Source: Camelus ferus
Taxonomy: Eukaryota
DNA length: 64,000 nucleotides
Direction of reading: 5' to 3'
Assembly: GCF_009834535.1 (NCBI RefSeq)
Contig: NC_045697.1
Location: forward strand, 92,878,001 to 92,942,000
The translations under genes and the position numbers were made by a program. The notes under the pieces are model-generated. The model made no database searches and was not told the origin of the DNA. It saw only the letters and a list, made by a program, of their open reading frames with translations. Shown here piece after piece: positions 53,586-64,000 of this stretch (its first letter is position 1; every line of letters starts with the position of its first letter).

Positions 53586-54229
53586 TGAGACAGGAAGGGG
53601 GCAGGGCACAGCCATTCAAGGAATGCTACAGCAATTAACATCAAAATGGTGAAAGATTCAGCCCCCAGTAGGCCTTGAGGCTCAAGATGGTGGGAGATTT
53701 AACTTCTAGTAGAACTTGAGCTTTATTACTCGCTCATTGTAATGTATTAGCATGGTGAATAAACATGCCCACAGGCGCCATGGCAGTCCCAAGGCTAGCC
53801 ACAAAGGGTTGAAGAGTGGGAAATGGCCAACTTCCTGGGAATCCCAGCCCCTTTCCCCAGACTAGTTAGACCGGTCCTTCCACTTATTAGCATCTGAAGC
53901 CACTGAGCCCATAAAAACTGACAACTCGGTGCCTCGCGGCCTCGCGGCCCCCGCCTCCCCCCCCACCCCCTTCAGAGATGGCCCGCACTCCGTCTATGGA
54001 GTGTGTACCTACTTTTAATCTGAGCACCCAAACCCCACACCTCGTGGCCTTTCTCTTGCCTTTCAATGTATCTCTCTGAATAAATCTCCCTTTACTCAAC
54101 TGTGGCTCGTTCTTGAATTCTTTCCTGCACTAAGCCAAGGACCCACACTTGGCAGAGTACGTCCCAGGGGCTCAACCGAAGCCTGGGACACAGCCCTCCT
54201 CACGCCCCACATCCATTTTTCCTGCATCA
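53586..54229 (+). mobile_element. ERV1-type solo LTR (copy B, same family as 17443-18077)
   Basis: Starts tgagacagga and ends ttttcctgcatca like copy A; shares ccccacacctcgtggcctttctcttgcct and agccaaggacccacacttgg; AATAAA at ~54079. Confidence 0.92.
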
Positions 54230-55119
54230 TATCTATCACTATGACGTATACAGAAAGAGCATCAATCACACAGTGCAAACAAAAAGGTTAGAGCTCTATA
54301 GTTAGTTTTACTCATTCTGAGCAATGAAAACTGTATCATTGCTTTGTTAATATTACTGAAGTCATCTTTATCAATTTTGAAGAGAGATTCCTGAAAATTT
54401 TTTCTAATTTTTTCCTTACATTTTCATTAATTTCCAAATACAAAAAACTCCCAATTCCTATGAGATGTATTCTCTTTTTCTAAGTCTATGACAGAGATTT
54501 ATGACATATATTCTCATCTGTAATAAGAGTTTTAATTCTAAATAACTTGTGCAGAGAAACAAAAGCTAGTTTGGTGATGGACACTGGTGTCCTTTATTAT
54601 ATCCTCTGGGGAAAACTGCTAGTCTAATCAAAAAATCTCTCAACAACTGTTTCCAAATAACAACTACTGTCTTTAGGAGGTTTCTCTAAGTAAACCACAT
54701 TGTTTATTCATTCATTGATTATTGATTTATTCATTTAAGAGATTAAATGAATGTTTACTAGATTTAAGGCACTATGCTAGACTGGATATTTTCAGAGATG
54801 GGGTAGAAATCTCCTCTTTCTCCTACTTGGTTGGAAATAAAGACACGTGAAGAGACGCTGATATTGCCATAGAGACATATGCACAAGATACTGGAGCCGC
54901 CCTTCTGACCTCCGCAGAACCTCATCCCAAGAACATCAAAGCTCTGTGCTTCATCATACCTCAGACTGACTGATGTCAAGGCCATATTGTATGTGCTCCT
55001 CTCAAGCACAGCACCCGCCACCCCCAGCTTACTCCTGTGTTTACTGAGAGTCAGTTGCATGTGTTTCAAATCTTATTGTTTAAGCCACTTACACCTAATG
55101 CTATAATTATATTATAATT

Positions 55120-55500
55120 TGATTTCTGAAAAAAATGTGTAAAAATAGTTGCTGGTTCTTTGAATACTAGGTTAAAAACTAAGTTTTTTAAGAGACTAAA
55201 AAGACAAGTTGGTTAAACAGATATTTATCTTATTAAAAATCATCATGCCAACAATAAAGTCTTTTTAAATGAAAGAAATATACAAAGATTTGGAAAATGA
55301 AAAAAAAAAAACTAGAAACATTTTTAATATGTCTTCTTTTGTTTATACTCTGTTCTTACCATACTTTAAAGAAACTGAAACTGTGTTTAGAATATATATT
55401 TTTGGTATTTTATGCAACTAAGCTGGTGGTAAACTCCAAGAAGCTGAGAAATACTCAAAGTAAATGCTGTGGCCTATGTCAAAGATTGAAATAATAAATA
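55120..55500 (+). mobile_element. Tigger (Tigger13-like) DNA transposon fragment, decayed transposase N-terminal region
   Basis: actttaaagaaactgaaactg...tttatgcaa...aactcca...atactcaaag...ggcctatgtcaaagattg matches the recalled Tigger13a consensus. Confidence 0.65.
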
Positions 55501-55573
55501 AAGGCTGGTAAATGAATGAAATTTGTAACACTCAGTTACTAATAACAATTTTCCAAGTCGTTGATAAAATACT

Positions 55574-55670
55574 GGATTAGTGTCCTAGGGCAACTCTAAC
55601 AAATTACCAAAAACTGGGTGGCTTAAAACAACAGACATCTCTTCTCTCACAATTCTAGAGTCTAGAAGGA
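55574..55670 (-). mobile_element. MLT1 LTR end fragment
   Basis: ttagtgtcctagggc...taacaaattaccaaaaactgggtggcttaaaacaacaga. Confidence 0.85.
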
Positions 55671-56059
55671 TAAGTGAAGTGACGTCTGTTGTCCATAACT
55701 GGCAAACTTCTGTTTTAGTCTTTCTGTGTATTTGTTTAGTTGAACACAGTCAGTCTGTCGATAGATCTGTACTATATGTGATGGCAATGCTGTCTTAAGA
55801 CAGCTATTAGTGAAAACATACAGAAAATTCATTTATTCATTAATGAATAAATATTTATTTGGTTAACAAAATAGTAATAGTCATACACTTACATGCTACA
55901 GAGGGACATAAAACAGTAAACAAACAATTGCAAATAAATTATACTTTCAAAATTGCCATGAAGTTGATTCAAGTGTCTAGTCAACTACCTACCCTACAAT
56001 TAATTTGGACATTCAAGGTCTTTTGAATTATGTCATTTGATTTTTAGGATGCCTTCAGT

Positions 56060-57480
56060 CCTGAGGCCATCAAAGGCATTCTTTATTTACACTTAAATTC
56101 TTTTTTTCCCTAGCATTTATTTTTGATTCTACCTTAGAGTTTCTCTCTCTCCTAACATTAAGCATATTTTCTTCCATGTTGTCTATTTTCCCCCTGAGAT
56201 TCCTTAGAATGTTAATTATAGTTGTTTTAAATTCCTGGTTTGATGATTCCAAAATCTTTGAATTAAATGTGTCTGGTTTTGGTGCTTGCTTTTTTTCTCT
56301 TCAGACTGTTTTTTCTCGCCTTTTAGCATCTTTGATAACCTTTTATTGAAATATAAAGATTACATATTATATAATAGGAATGGAGGTAAATAGGACTTTA
56401 ATGTGAAATTTTATGTTTGTCTCTCTAGGGATTAAGTTGTGCTTAATGTTTGCTGTAGATATAGGTACCAGAGACTTCAACTTCTTCTGGTGTCCTTGTT
56501 TTTGTCTACTCTGGTCTTTGGGCTTCCCTAGAAACTCCTTCTTAAACAGTGTGTGTATCTTAAAACTGTCTCAGTAGTAACCCACTGTTGCTATTATTAT
56601 TTTTTTTTAATGAGTTTTTTTTTTTAATATTATTTTGGGGGGTAGGTAATTAGGTTTATTTATTTGTTTTTTTTAAATAGAGGTACAGGAGGTTGACCCA
56701 GGACCTCATGAATGTTAAACATGCATTCTACCACTGAGCTATGCCCTCTCCCCGCTGTTAATATAGTGCAGGATTATTGATGAGATTAGGTATTGAGGAG
56801 GGAATGTGTTCCATTATTTTAGGATTAAGCCTCAGTTTTTTTTAATGGGCTTGAGTCCCTTGTCTGTGGCCTTCAAAGAGTTTTTAAGCCTTTTTTGACC
56901 CCTTATGTGTGAAAACAAGGCTAGAGGGAGATCCAATTTTTTAAAAAAATTACTCTCCTCTTCTGTCAGATAAAGCTCCAGTAAAGTAAAGTAGATTTTC
57001 AGAGGCAGGCTTTTGTTACAGAGAACAGAACCTTCAAGGCTGGCACATTTAAAAAGGATCACTTTTCTCTTGGGCATATTTAAAAAGTTACTTATCTAAT
57101 TCACCTGCCCAAAGAAAGAGGGTTTTTTTTTTTTTTTCTCCCACCAACTTTCACCAGGAAAAAAGGAGGTCTCCTGGAATGTAGGGACTCCCCCTAAGAC
57201 TAGGCCCCCTGTAGTTTTTAACTCTCAAATTAGTCCACACGCAGTCTCCAGCAAGTCATCAATTACCAATTTCCTGCCAGTTACTGGCTCCAGTGGCCTC
57301 TGCTCCTGGTAAGCTGCAGTATTCACCTGTCTCTCCAGTTTTCTCGACAGTGATTTGCCTTTTGACCTCAATTCTCTGATGAATCTATAAGAAGAGTTAT
57401 CTATTTGTACTTTTTTCAGCATTTTCTTCTTGCAAGGGTGGAGTGATGACTTCCAAGCTTTTTATATGTCAGAGCAAAAA
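56060..57480 (-). mobile_element. Old L1M 5' UTR/ORF1 start, interrupted by a SINE
   Basis: ORF 56070-56252 (-) ESSNQEFKTTIINILRNLRGKIDNMEENMLNVRRE resembles the L1 ORF1p N-terminal coiled coil; the flanking text is L1M 5'-like. Confidence 0.8.
56591..56753 (-). mobile_element. tRNA-derived SINE, camelid Vic-1 type
   Basis: Minus strand reads GGGGAGAGGGCATAGCTCAGTGGTAGAATGCATG...GAGGTCCTGGGTCAACC...aaataaacctaattacct..A-tail; A box and degenerate B box present; ctgtt repeated on both flanks. Confidence 0.9.
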
Positions 57481-58034
57481 TGACACAGCTGTTATGAAGA
57501 GATTATCTTAGCTTTTCACGGTGTGGGTGGTCAGGAGCAAAAACTTACACTAACATTTCTAAGGATTTTCTGCCAGGTTCAATTTCTTCTGAGGAGAGTA
57601 TTTTCTATACTAAATCAAAATGATTTCTTTAAATAACATTTTCACAGTTCATTATGGATATAGTTTATACTTGGTTTAAACATTTCCCAATATGAATTTA
57701 AGCTTAGATTAGAAAATGTTATCTTATATAAACAAGTAATTATTAAAAACATGGTCATGGTAAGCATTTGGGGAAAAAAAGTATCTATAAAGTAAAAATA
57801 AACATCTTTCAACTAGCAACCATCAATTCCTAATATTGTTACTCCCAAATATAGTTAATACTGTTGTGTATCGTATGTCTTTATACATTTCATAGCACAA
57901 ATAAATTAATAAATATAAAATACATAATATATCACCATTATATTTAAAGATATCCAGCACCTTCGGGAGCTTTTAACATGTTCTACTTTTTAAATAGATA
58001 CTCATTAAAATCCATAATATTCCACATATGGATT

Positions 58035-58589
58035 TGTTAGGTAGTTAGATAAGTGGGGGCACTGGACAGATAGGTGGGGGAGAGGGAGGATGGTCTGGAA
58101 GATGGTGCGATGCCCCCTCCAGCATAAAGGGACTTTACTTCCTCTAAATGAGTGCCAGCAAGAGACTGGTTAGAACCCAACAGCCGCAACTGCGCAGGAG
58201 TGAGAAGGACCTAACCACACAAGATCAAATGCTCTCTGTAATATAATTAGCACTGTGGTTTAACACGCCCCCCCACCCCCTACCATGGGTTTTTCTGTGT
58301 ATATCATGGGTAAGGGTATGTGCAAAGGAAACAGGACATTCCAAGGGCAAGAGCCATCAATCAATCAAAAGACCACCTCTAAGCAAAGGTAAAAGAGAAA
58401 GGGCAGACAAAGACCACCGCTATTTCCCCTTGGATCAGTCCACCTCCTGTTCCTGGATGTGAACTTCCCCTTTCAAAATAAATCCTTTAAGATCTTTCAC
58501 CACACACCGCTCTCCATCTCCCGTCTGTGATCTTATCTTTTAGGCAAGACAGGGACTGGGGTCTTTTCCCTTTCCCTTTTGGGGTAACA
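58035..58589 (+). mobile_element. ERV1-type solo LTR (third element, different family)
   Basis: TGTTA...TAACA inverted termini; perfect 4-bp TSD gatt (58031-58034 and 58590-58593); AATAAA at ~58478; inserted in decayed L1M-like sequence. Confidence 0.92.
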
Positions 58590-58884
58590 GATTCACCAGC
58601 CCCATTATGATGATAATCATATACATTTCCTCTAACTTTTTTATTGCTATTATAAACAATGATGCTGTGGACATCTCTGTACATATGTATCTTTGCCTTC
58701 TATCAATAGGCTAAATTCATTCATTGGATTTTTGGTTTGAATGGAGTAAACTTTAAATTTTTTGATAGATAAAGCCAAGCTGCTCTATTAAAATATTGGC
58801 TCAGTTATCTATATTGGCATTTTACCTACCATTAAACAACAACAAAAAATCCCAGTAAAATCCATTTAAACCTCATACTAATAA

Positions 58885-59000
58885 GCTTAGTGTCATGGGT
58901 AAAGATGTAAAGCTCTGGTGCCAGATTGTTAATTTATAATTTTAACTTTGTCATTTACCAGCAGTGCAACATTGGGTAAATTACGTATCTCAGTGAAAGA
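58885..59000 (+). mobile_element. MIR fragment
   Basis: agctctggtgccagattg...tttgtcatttaccagcagtgcaacattgggtaaatta. Confidence 0.65.
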
Positions 59001-60420
59001 GGTGTTTATTAACACAATGAACCCTTGAGGACTTAACCACTTATCTTAGAAATAGTCAGATTTTTTTCTTAAAGCTGGTGCTTAATTCTGACATGATTTG
59101 TTTGTTTGTTTGTTTTCCTTGAGTCATGATGGGGCCAGTTGGAAGAACTGTTAAGTACACTTAAAATGTTTTTGAATATGATGTTTCTACATACCTATGT
59201 CTATAAAAAGTGACTCCAGGGTGCCAAAGTCCTGTTACTTAAATAAATCCTAATTACTTAAATCAATAATTCAGAAGACTCAATAGTCCTCCACTTAGGT
59301 ACTGAGTAGAATAAAAAGCTTCTGTGTTTTTTTGTGTGTGTGTGTGTCTTGTTCCATTTGATTATTCTAAAACTAGATTTTAAGTTAAACTACTGTATTA
59401 TTTCATCTCTTATAGGCTTTACTCCAGTGCTCAACCTCCTGCAAAAATAACAGAAACCAAAACAACAATAACTATAAAATACAAACAAACAAAACGAGGA
59501 ACAGAGAACAGAGATCTGTGTACTAGGCATATTCACAATTACACCATATGAAACATGAAAAATCATTAATAAATTCAGATAAATATCAAATGGTTTATAT
59601 CCACAGTCTGGAAAACCCTATTATTATCAGATGTCTGTGACACAGCCTTCCCAAATTTCACTAGCTTTCTGGGAATGACCTATCTTCTTATATAAAAGTA
59701 AAAATTATTGGAATGTCCATATCATTCATGTTGTTACGATGCAAAATTTTCTCAAATTTTAAGTCCACCCCAATTTTTCTACCACTGGTTATATTTTCTG
59801 AAAATCTAAATAATCTCCATTTCATATTTCTTGCCTAATCTCCATAATGTATCTTTTCTTCATGGTGTAGTAACATGCTGGGCAAGTGATACAGTTCCTT
59901 CATTCCTCCAGTAATACTGATAGAAGATACAGTGTTCAGTGAAATTTGAGTGAAGGTTTGGGAGTTGTTTATGTTTGCACATTGGAGTGATTGTTCATGG
60001 TTTATATTGTAAGTGGAATATAATAAATGATGCAAAAACAGCTGTTTTTCAAACACGTATCAGAGCAATACACGCATCAGGAATATTTGCTCATGTTTTC
60101 CTCCAGGTCTCAGGGTGTTACTCTATGCAGTCTTTTTCTAACCCCTTCAATCTCCTTATCGTCAGCTTTTTAGGGATGTCTATTCTTAGAAAAATAAATT
60201 TTCATCTTAGTTTATTACTTATAGCAATTTATTTCTGTTAATCGCTTTTCTAACTTTAACTATCCAGCTCTAAGAATCACTTTCGAAAATTAAAAAAAAA
60301 AAAACTAGAGTAGATTAAGGTATTTTGTTAAATAAACACAACTCTCTCCTCAAAAAATTCACTGGATGCCTTTAAATTAATATTTTAAAATATTTTCCTC
60401 CAATTTTATAGCTGCATATA

Positions 60421-60485
60421 TCTTTTCTTTCCTTCCTTCTTTCTTTCTTTCTTTCTTTCTCTCTTTCTCTCTTTCTCTCTTTCTC

Positions 60486-60543
<58 letters not shown>

Positions 60544-60616
60544 TTCCTTCCTTCCTCCCTTCCTTCCTTCCTTCCTTCCTTCCTTCCTTCCTTCCTTCCT
60601 TTCTTTCCTTCTTTCA
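60421..60616. repeat. Compound (CTTT)n/(CT)n/(CCTT)n polypyrimidine microsatellite, about 195 bp
   Basis: Seen directly. Confidence 0.97.
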
Positions 60617-60824
60617 TAACTGAAGCACTACAGAAGAGTCAGGAGGTGACAAATGTATATGCTTTCATTTTCTTGTACTATTAGAGTCTTGTATAATTAA
60701 GTAAATATTGATGGCATTTATAGAAGAGATAATGGAAGAGGAATATTTACCAGGGTGAAGAAAAGAGATCATGAATTTGATTTTGAACATATGTTTTCTT
60801 GATTATGTGATATAAAATTCACAT

Positions 60825-61269
60825 TTTATGGCAAGACAAGAAAAATTTAAACTTAAAAATTTCTTCTCTGCCCTTTGGCCTTTTATTGCCCCCACCATAC
60901 ATTGTGTGTCTGCATTTACAACAACCAAACCTCCCCCACTGGCATGAATACCTGCTCAACTATAAAGAGCAACATTCTCCCAGCATCAACAAGACAACTC
61001 CTTAAAAGGTATCCTTCTCCATCTTGTAAGGCATCACATGACCCACCAGGATGACACTTAGGTCAGGATTATGAAACTGTCAGTAATATGTCATTTGATG
61101 TACAGCCCTCTTTCTCAAAAAAATGAATATAATTCTATCATGATTTCTAATCAGTGGAATAGTTTTCAGAACTTTCTGAGATAGTCTTCCCAGTTTATAA
61201 TCCTCAAATTTGGCTCAAGCAAATTTTTCCATTTCTTTCTTAGATCAATTGATTAATTTTTCACTAACA
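60825..61269 (+). mobile_element. ERV1-type solo LTR inside L2
   Basis: caagacaagaaaaatt...cttctctgccctttggcc...agttttcagaactttctgaga...tcctcaaatttggctcaa...gattaatttttcactaaca; 5' boundary uncertain. Confidence 0.7.
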
Positions 61270-61279
61270 GCTATTTGAA

Positions 61280-61618
61280 TCAATAAAATAATGTCCATTA
61301 GGAAGATGTACATGTAAGACTATAGTGTAAAGATAGGTTCTAAGCTGGAGATATGTGCATGGCAGGTTTGGCATTTATATTGTACTTTAAATCACAGTCC
61401 TGGGTGAGATTCAGTATGGCAAAAAAAAAAAAAAAAACAAATAAAAGGAAAGTGGCCCTCAGACTCAACACTGAGAAAATCATACTTTTAAGACAAAATT
61501 GAAGACAAAATTGCTAGGGATTTTTAAAGGGATGATCCAGATGTATAGGAAAAAAACCTTAAATGTGTGACTTCACTATGTCAAGAAAAGTGAGTATTTC
61601 AAGAAGAACTAAATAGTC
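61280..61618 (-). mobile_element. LINE-2 fragment, continuing at ~62680-63010
   Basis: ggttctaagctggagata...tttaaatcacagtcctgggtgagat...gagtatttcaagaag; resumes after the L1 with gagtgaagaaatggag. Confidence 0.7.
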
Positions 61619-62678
61619 AATATTTGCTAATGATGCAACTGACAAAAGATTAATTTCTAGAATATGTAAACAGCTTATACAACTTAATAACAAGAACAAC
61701 AACAATAAACCCAACCCTAAAACTGGTAGAAGACTTAAACAAGCAGTTCTCCAGTGGAGCCGGACAAATGGCCAGTAGACACATGAAAAAATGCACACTG
61801 TCGCTAATGACCAGAGAAATGAAAATCAAAACTACAATGAGGTATCACCTCACACCAGTCAGAATGGCCATCATTAAAAAGTAAAAAACCAACTGCTGGA
61901 GAGGCTGTGAAGAAAAGAGAACCCTCCTACCCTATTGGTGGGAATGTAACTTGGTGTAGCCGTTGTGGAAAACAGTATGGAGATTCCTCATAAAGCTGAA
62001 AATAGACTTACCATCTGATCCAGCAATCCCACTCCTGGGCATATATCTGGAGGGAACTCTAATTCAAAAAGATACATGCACCCCAATGTTCATAGCAGCA
62101 CTATCTATACAGTAACCAAGACATAGAAGCAACCTAACTGTCCATCGACAGAGGACTGGATTAAGAAGCCGTGGTATATTTATACAACGGAATACTATTC
62201 AGCCATAAAATAGAATAAAATAATGCCATTTGTAGCAACATGGATGGACCTGGAGACTGTCATTCTAAGTGAAGCAAGCCAGAAAGAGAAAGAAAAATAC
62301 CACATAATATCACTCATATGTGCAATCTAATGAAAGAAAAAAGACACTAATGAATTTATCTACAAAACGGAAACAGACCCGCAGACATAGTAAACAAACT
62401 TATGGTTACCTGGGGGAAAAAGAGTAGGGAAGGGATAAATTATGAGTTTGAGATTTGCAAATATTAGCTACTATATATAAAATAGATTAAAAAAAACAAG
62501 TTTCTTCTGTATAGCACAGGGAACTATATTCAATACCTTGTAGTAACCTATAATGAAGAAGAATATGAAAATGAATATATGCATGTATATGTATGACTGA
62601 AACATCATGCCGTACACCAGAAATTGACACAGTATTGTAAACTAACTATACCTCAATTAAAAAAAAAGAAAAAAAAAG
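61619..62678 (+). mobile_element. Lineage-recent LINE-1, 5' truncated (ORF2 C-terminus, 3' UTR, poly-A)
   Basis: acacatgaaaaaatgc...acaatgaggtatcacctcacaccagtcagaatggccatc...gatccagcaatcccactcctgggcatata...gcaacatggatggacctggag; attaaa followed by an A tail at 62657-62678. Confidence 0.97.
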
Positions 62679-64000
62679 AGTACCAGATAGGATTTTATCA
62701 AGACCTTTAGGTATAGTGATAGTGGTGAAAGCATATAAGAGTAGATGAAGGAGAAACTGAGAGTGAAGAAATGGAGCAGCAAGTACTAAAAACAAAACAA
62801 AACAAAACCCCAGAAACTTTCAAAAGCTCACTGGTGTGATGTTTGGGAATTTTATAGATAGTTCTCATTGGAAGCTTGAGCAAAAAAAAAAAAAAAGAAT
62901 TTTTAAAGATGACGAAACTTGAGGATGTTTTAAAAGTATGAGGAAAATTCAAGTTGACCAAGGGCTTGAAAATATAGAAAAGAGAAAGGAGAATTGGTGA
63001 TGTAAATTTTGAGAGAGAAGAAGTGATGCAGTTACGATCATGAGCACAGGAGGAGGGAGAGAGGGACTGGCTTTCACCAAGAGGAGACGAAGCTCTAGCA
63101 GAGTCATCAGAGCACTAGAGGAAGAGATCTGCGTGAACGCAAGTAACTTTGCTCAACTGCGAATGGGAGTGTCTTTAACCTGATGATCTGAGCCATCATT
63201 AACTTTCTTCACTTTAGCGTCTTGTATTCCATAAACGTTCTTAGACAAGAGAAATCTTTGTGGAATTACTCCTCCCTGTTTTGTGCATGAATATATATAG
63301 GTTATGAATCAAGGTGTTTTTCTTTTCCTATCTGAGTTCTGACTGAAGCTAAACTAATTAGACATTCCTAAGATTTTGAATCTTGATAATGAAGACAGAA
63401 AAGAGTTTGATCTCATTCATTACCGTACAATAAACTGGAGCATTTTATGCTCCCTAGACTCCAGGTAGTTGACCTATCTTGTTCCTACAGCTTATCAACT
63501 AGGTGGTAAAGACTTTTAAGCAAATGAAATTTCAGGAAATCGCTAATTTGTATCATTTACAAATCCTATAAAATAAGGTTAAAAGTGGGATTGTGTATGT
63601 GTGTGTGGGTGGGTGTTTTATTACAGAATATTTAACCTATTAATTCAGTGTTGATACAAGGGCATTTAGCTTTCAACAAACTATCTTGAGGAATCGTGTG
63701 TAGTAATGTGTGTGCATGCATGTATATGTATGGGAAAATGCAAACTTTAAGACACAAAAGGACACTGAAAGGCCAGTCATCTTTCAACGTAAGTAGAGTA
63801 AGAGATGTAAAGCCTTTGTGGGGTAGGAATGAATCACCAAGTCGGAGTCTCTGGCCCATGTCTCAGTTCTGAGTCTGTTCTTAGATTCAAGATCAGTAAA
63901 TAAATAGCAGTTTCATTAGCCTGAAGAGGCACCCTGGTATGCTGATGTAAAACCACAGAGGTGTACCACACCCTGCCTTCTATTTTCATTTTTGGTGACC

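Noticed and set aside
17443..54229. Full provirus bounded by the two related LTRs
   Set aside because: 36 kb apart, noticeably diverged, outer flanks do not match, and the interval is ancient host repeats
56670..56753. tRNA gene
   Set aside because: A/B boxes are present, but the 3' stem is degenerate and followed by a SINE body and A-tail; it is a SINE
60372..60617. Lys/Glu/Arg-rich ORF
   Set aside because: Artefact of the (CTTT)/(CCTT) repeat
1..64000. CRISPR array, operon or other prokaryote-type system; CpG-island promoter; NUMT
   Set aside because: The sequence is mammalian repeat-rich DNA; I saw no regularly spaced repeat-spacer array, long ORFs, CpG island or mitochondrial-like segment

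Overview
This is AT-rich, CpG-depleted mammalian genomic DNA, most likely from a camelid (alpaca, llama or camel). The evidence is a tRNA-derived Vic-1-type SINE at about 56.6-56.75 kb and several related, relatively young LINE-1 3' ends. I recognise no protein-coding host exon. The ORF track holds short chance ORFs, decayed L1 ORF1/ORF2 pieces and microsatellite translations. The window reads as a gene desert or large intron layered with transposable elements: L2, MIR, old L1M, MaLR/ERVL LTRs, MER21, Tigger-type DNA transposons, an ancient class-III ERV gag remnant, an ERV1 internal+LTR remnant, four ERV1-type solo LTRs, and microsatellites. The non-repeat signals worth checking are a strong CTCF motif (51.57 kb), an octamer/ETS cluster (31.2 kb), two minus-strand exon candidates, a circularly permuted MIR pair and a 25-bp palindrome. 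I found no supportable novel biological system. Repeat family names come from recalled consensus sequences rather than a database search, and boundaries are approximate unless a target-site duplication (TSD) is cited.
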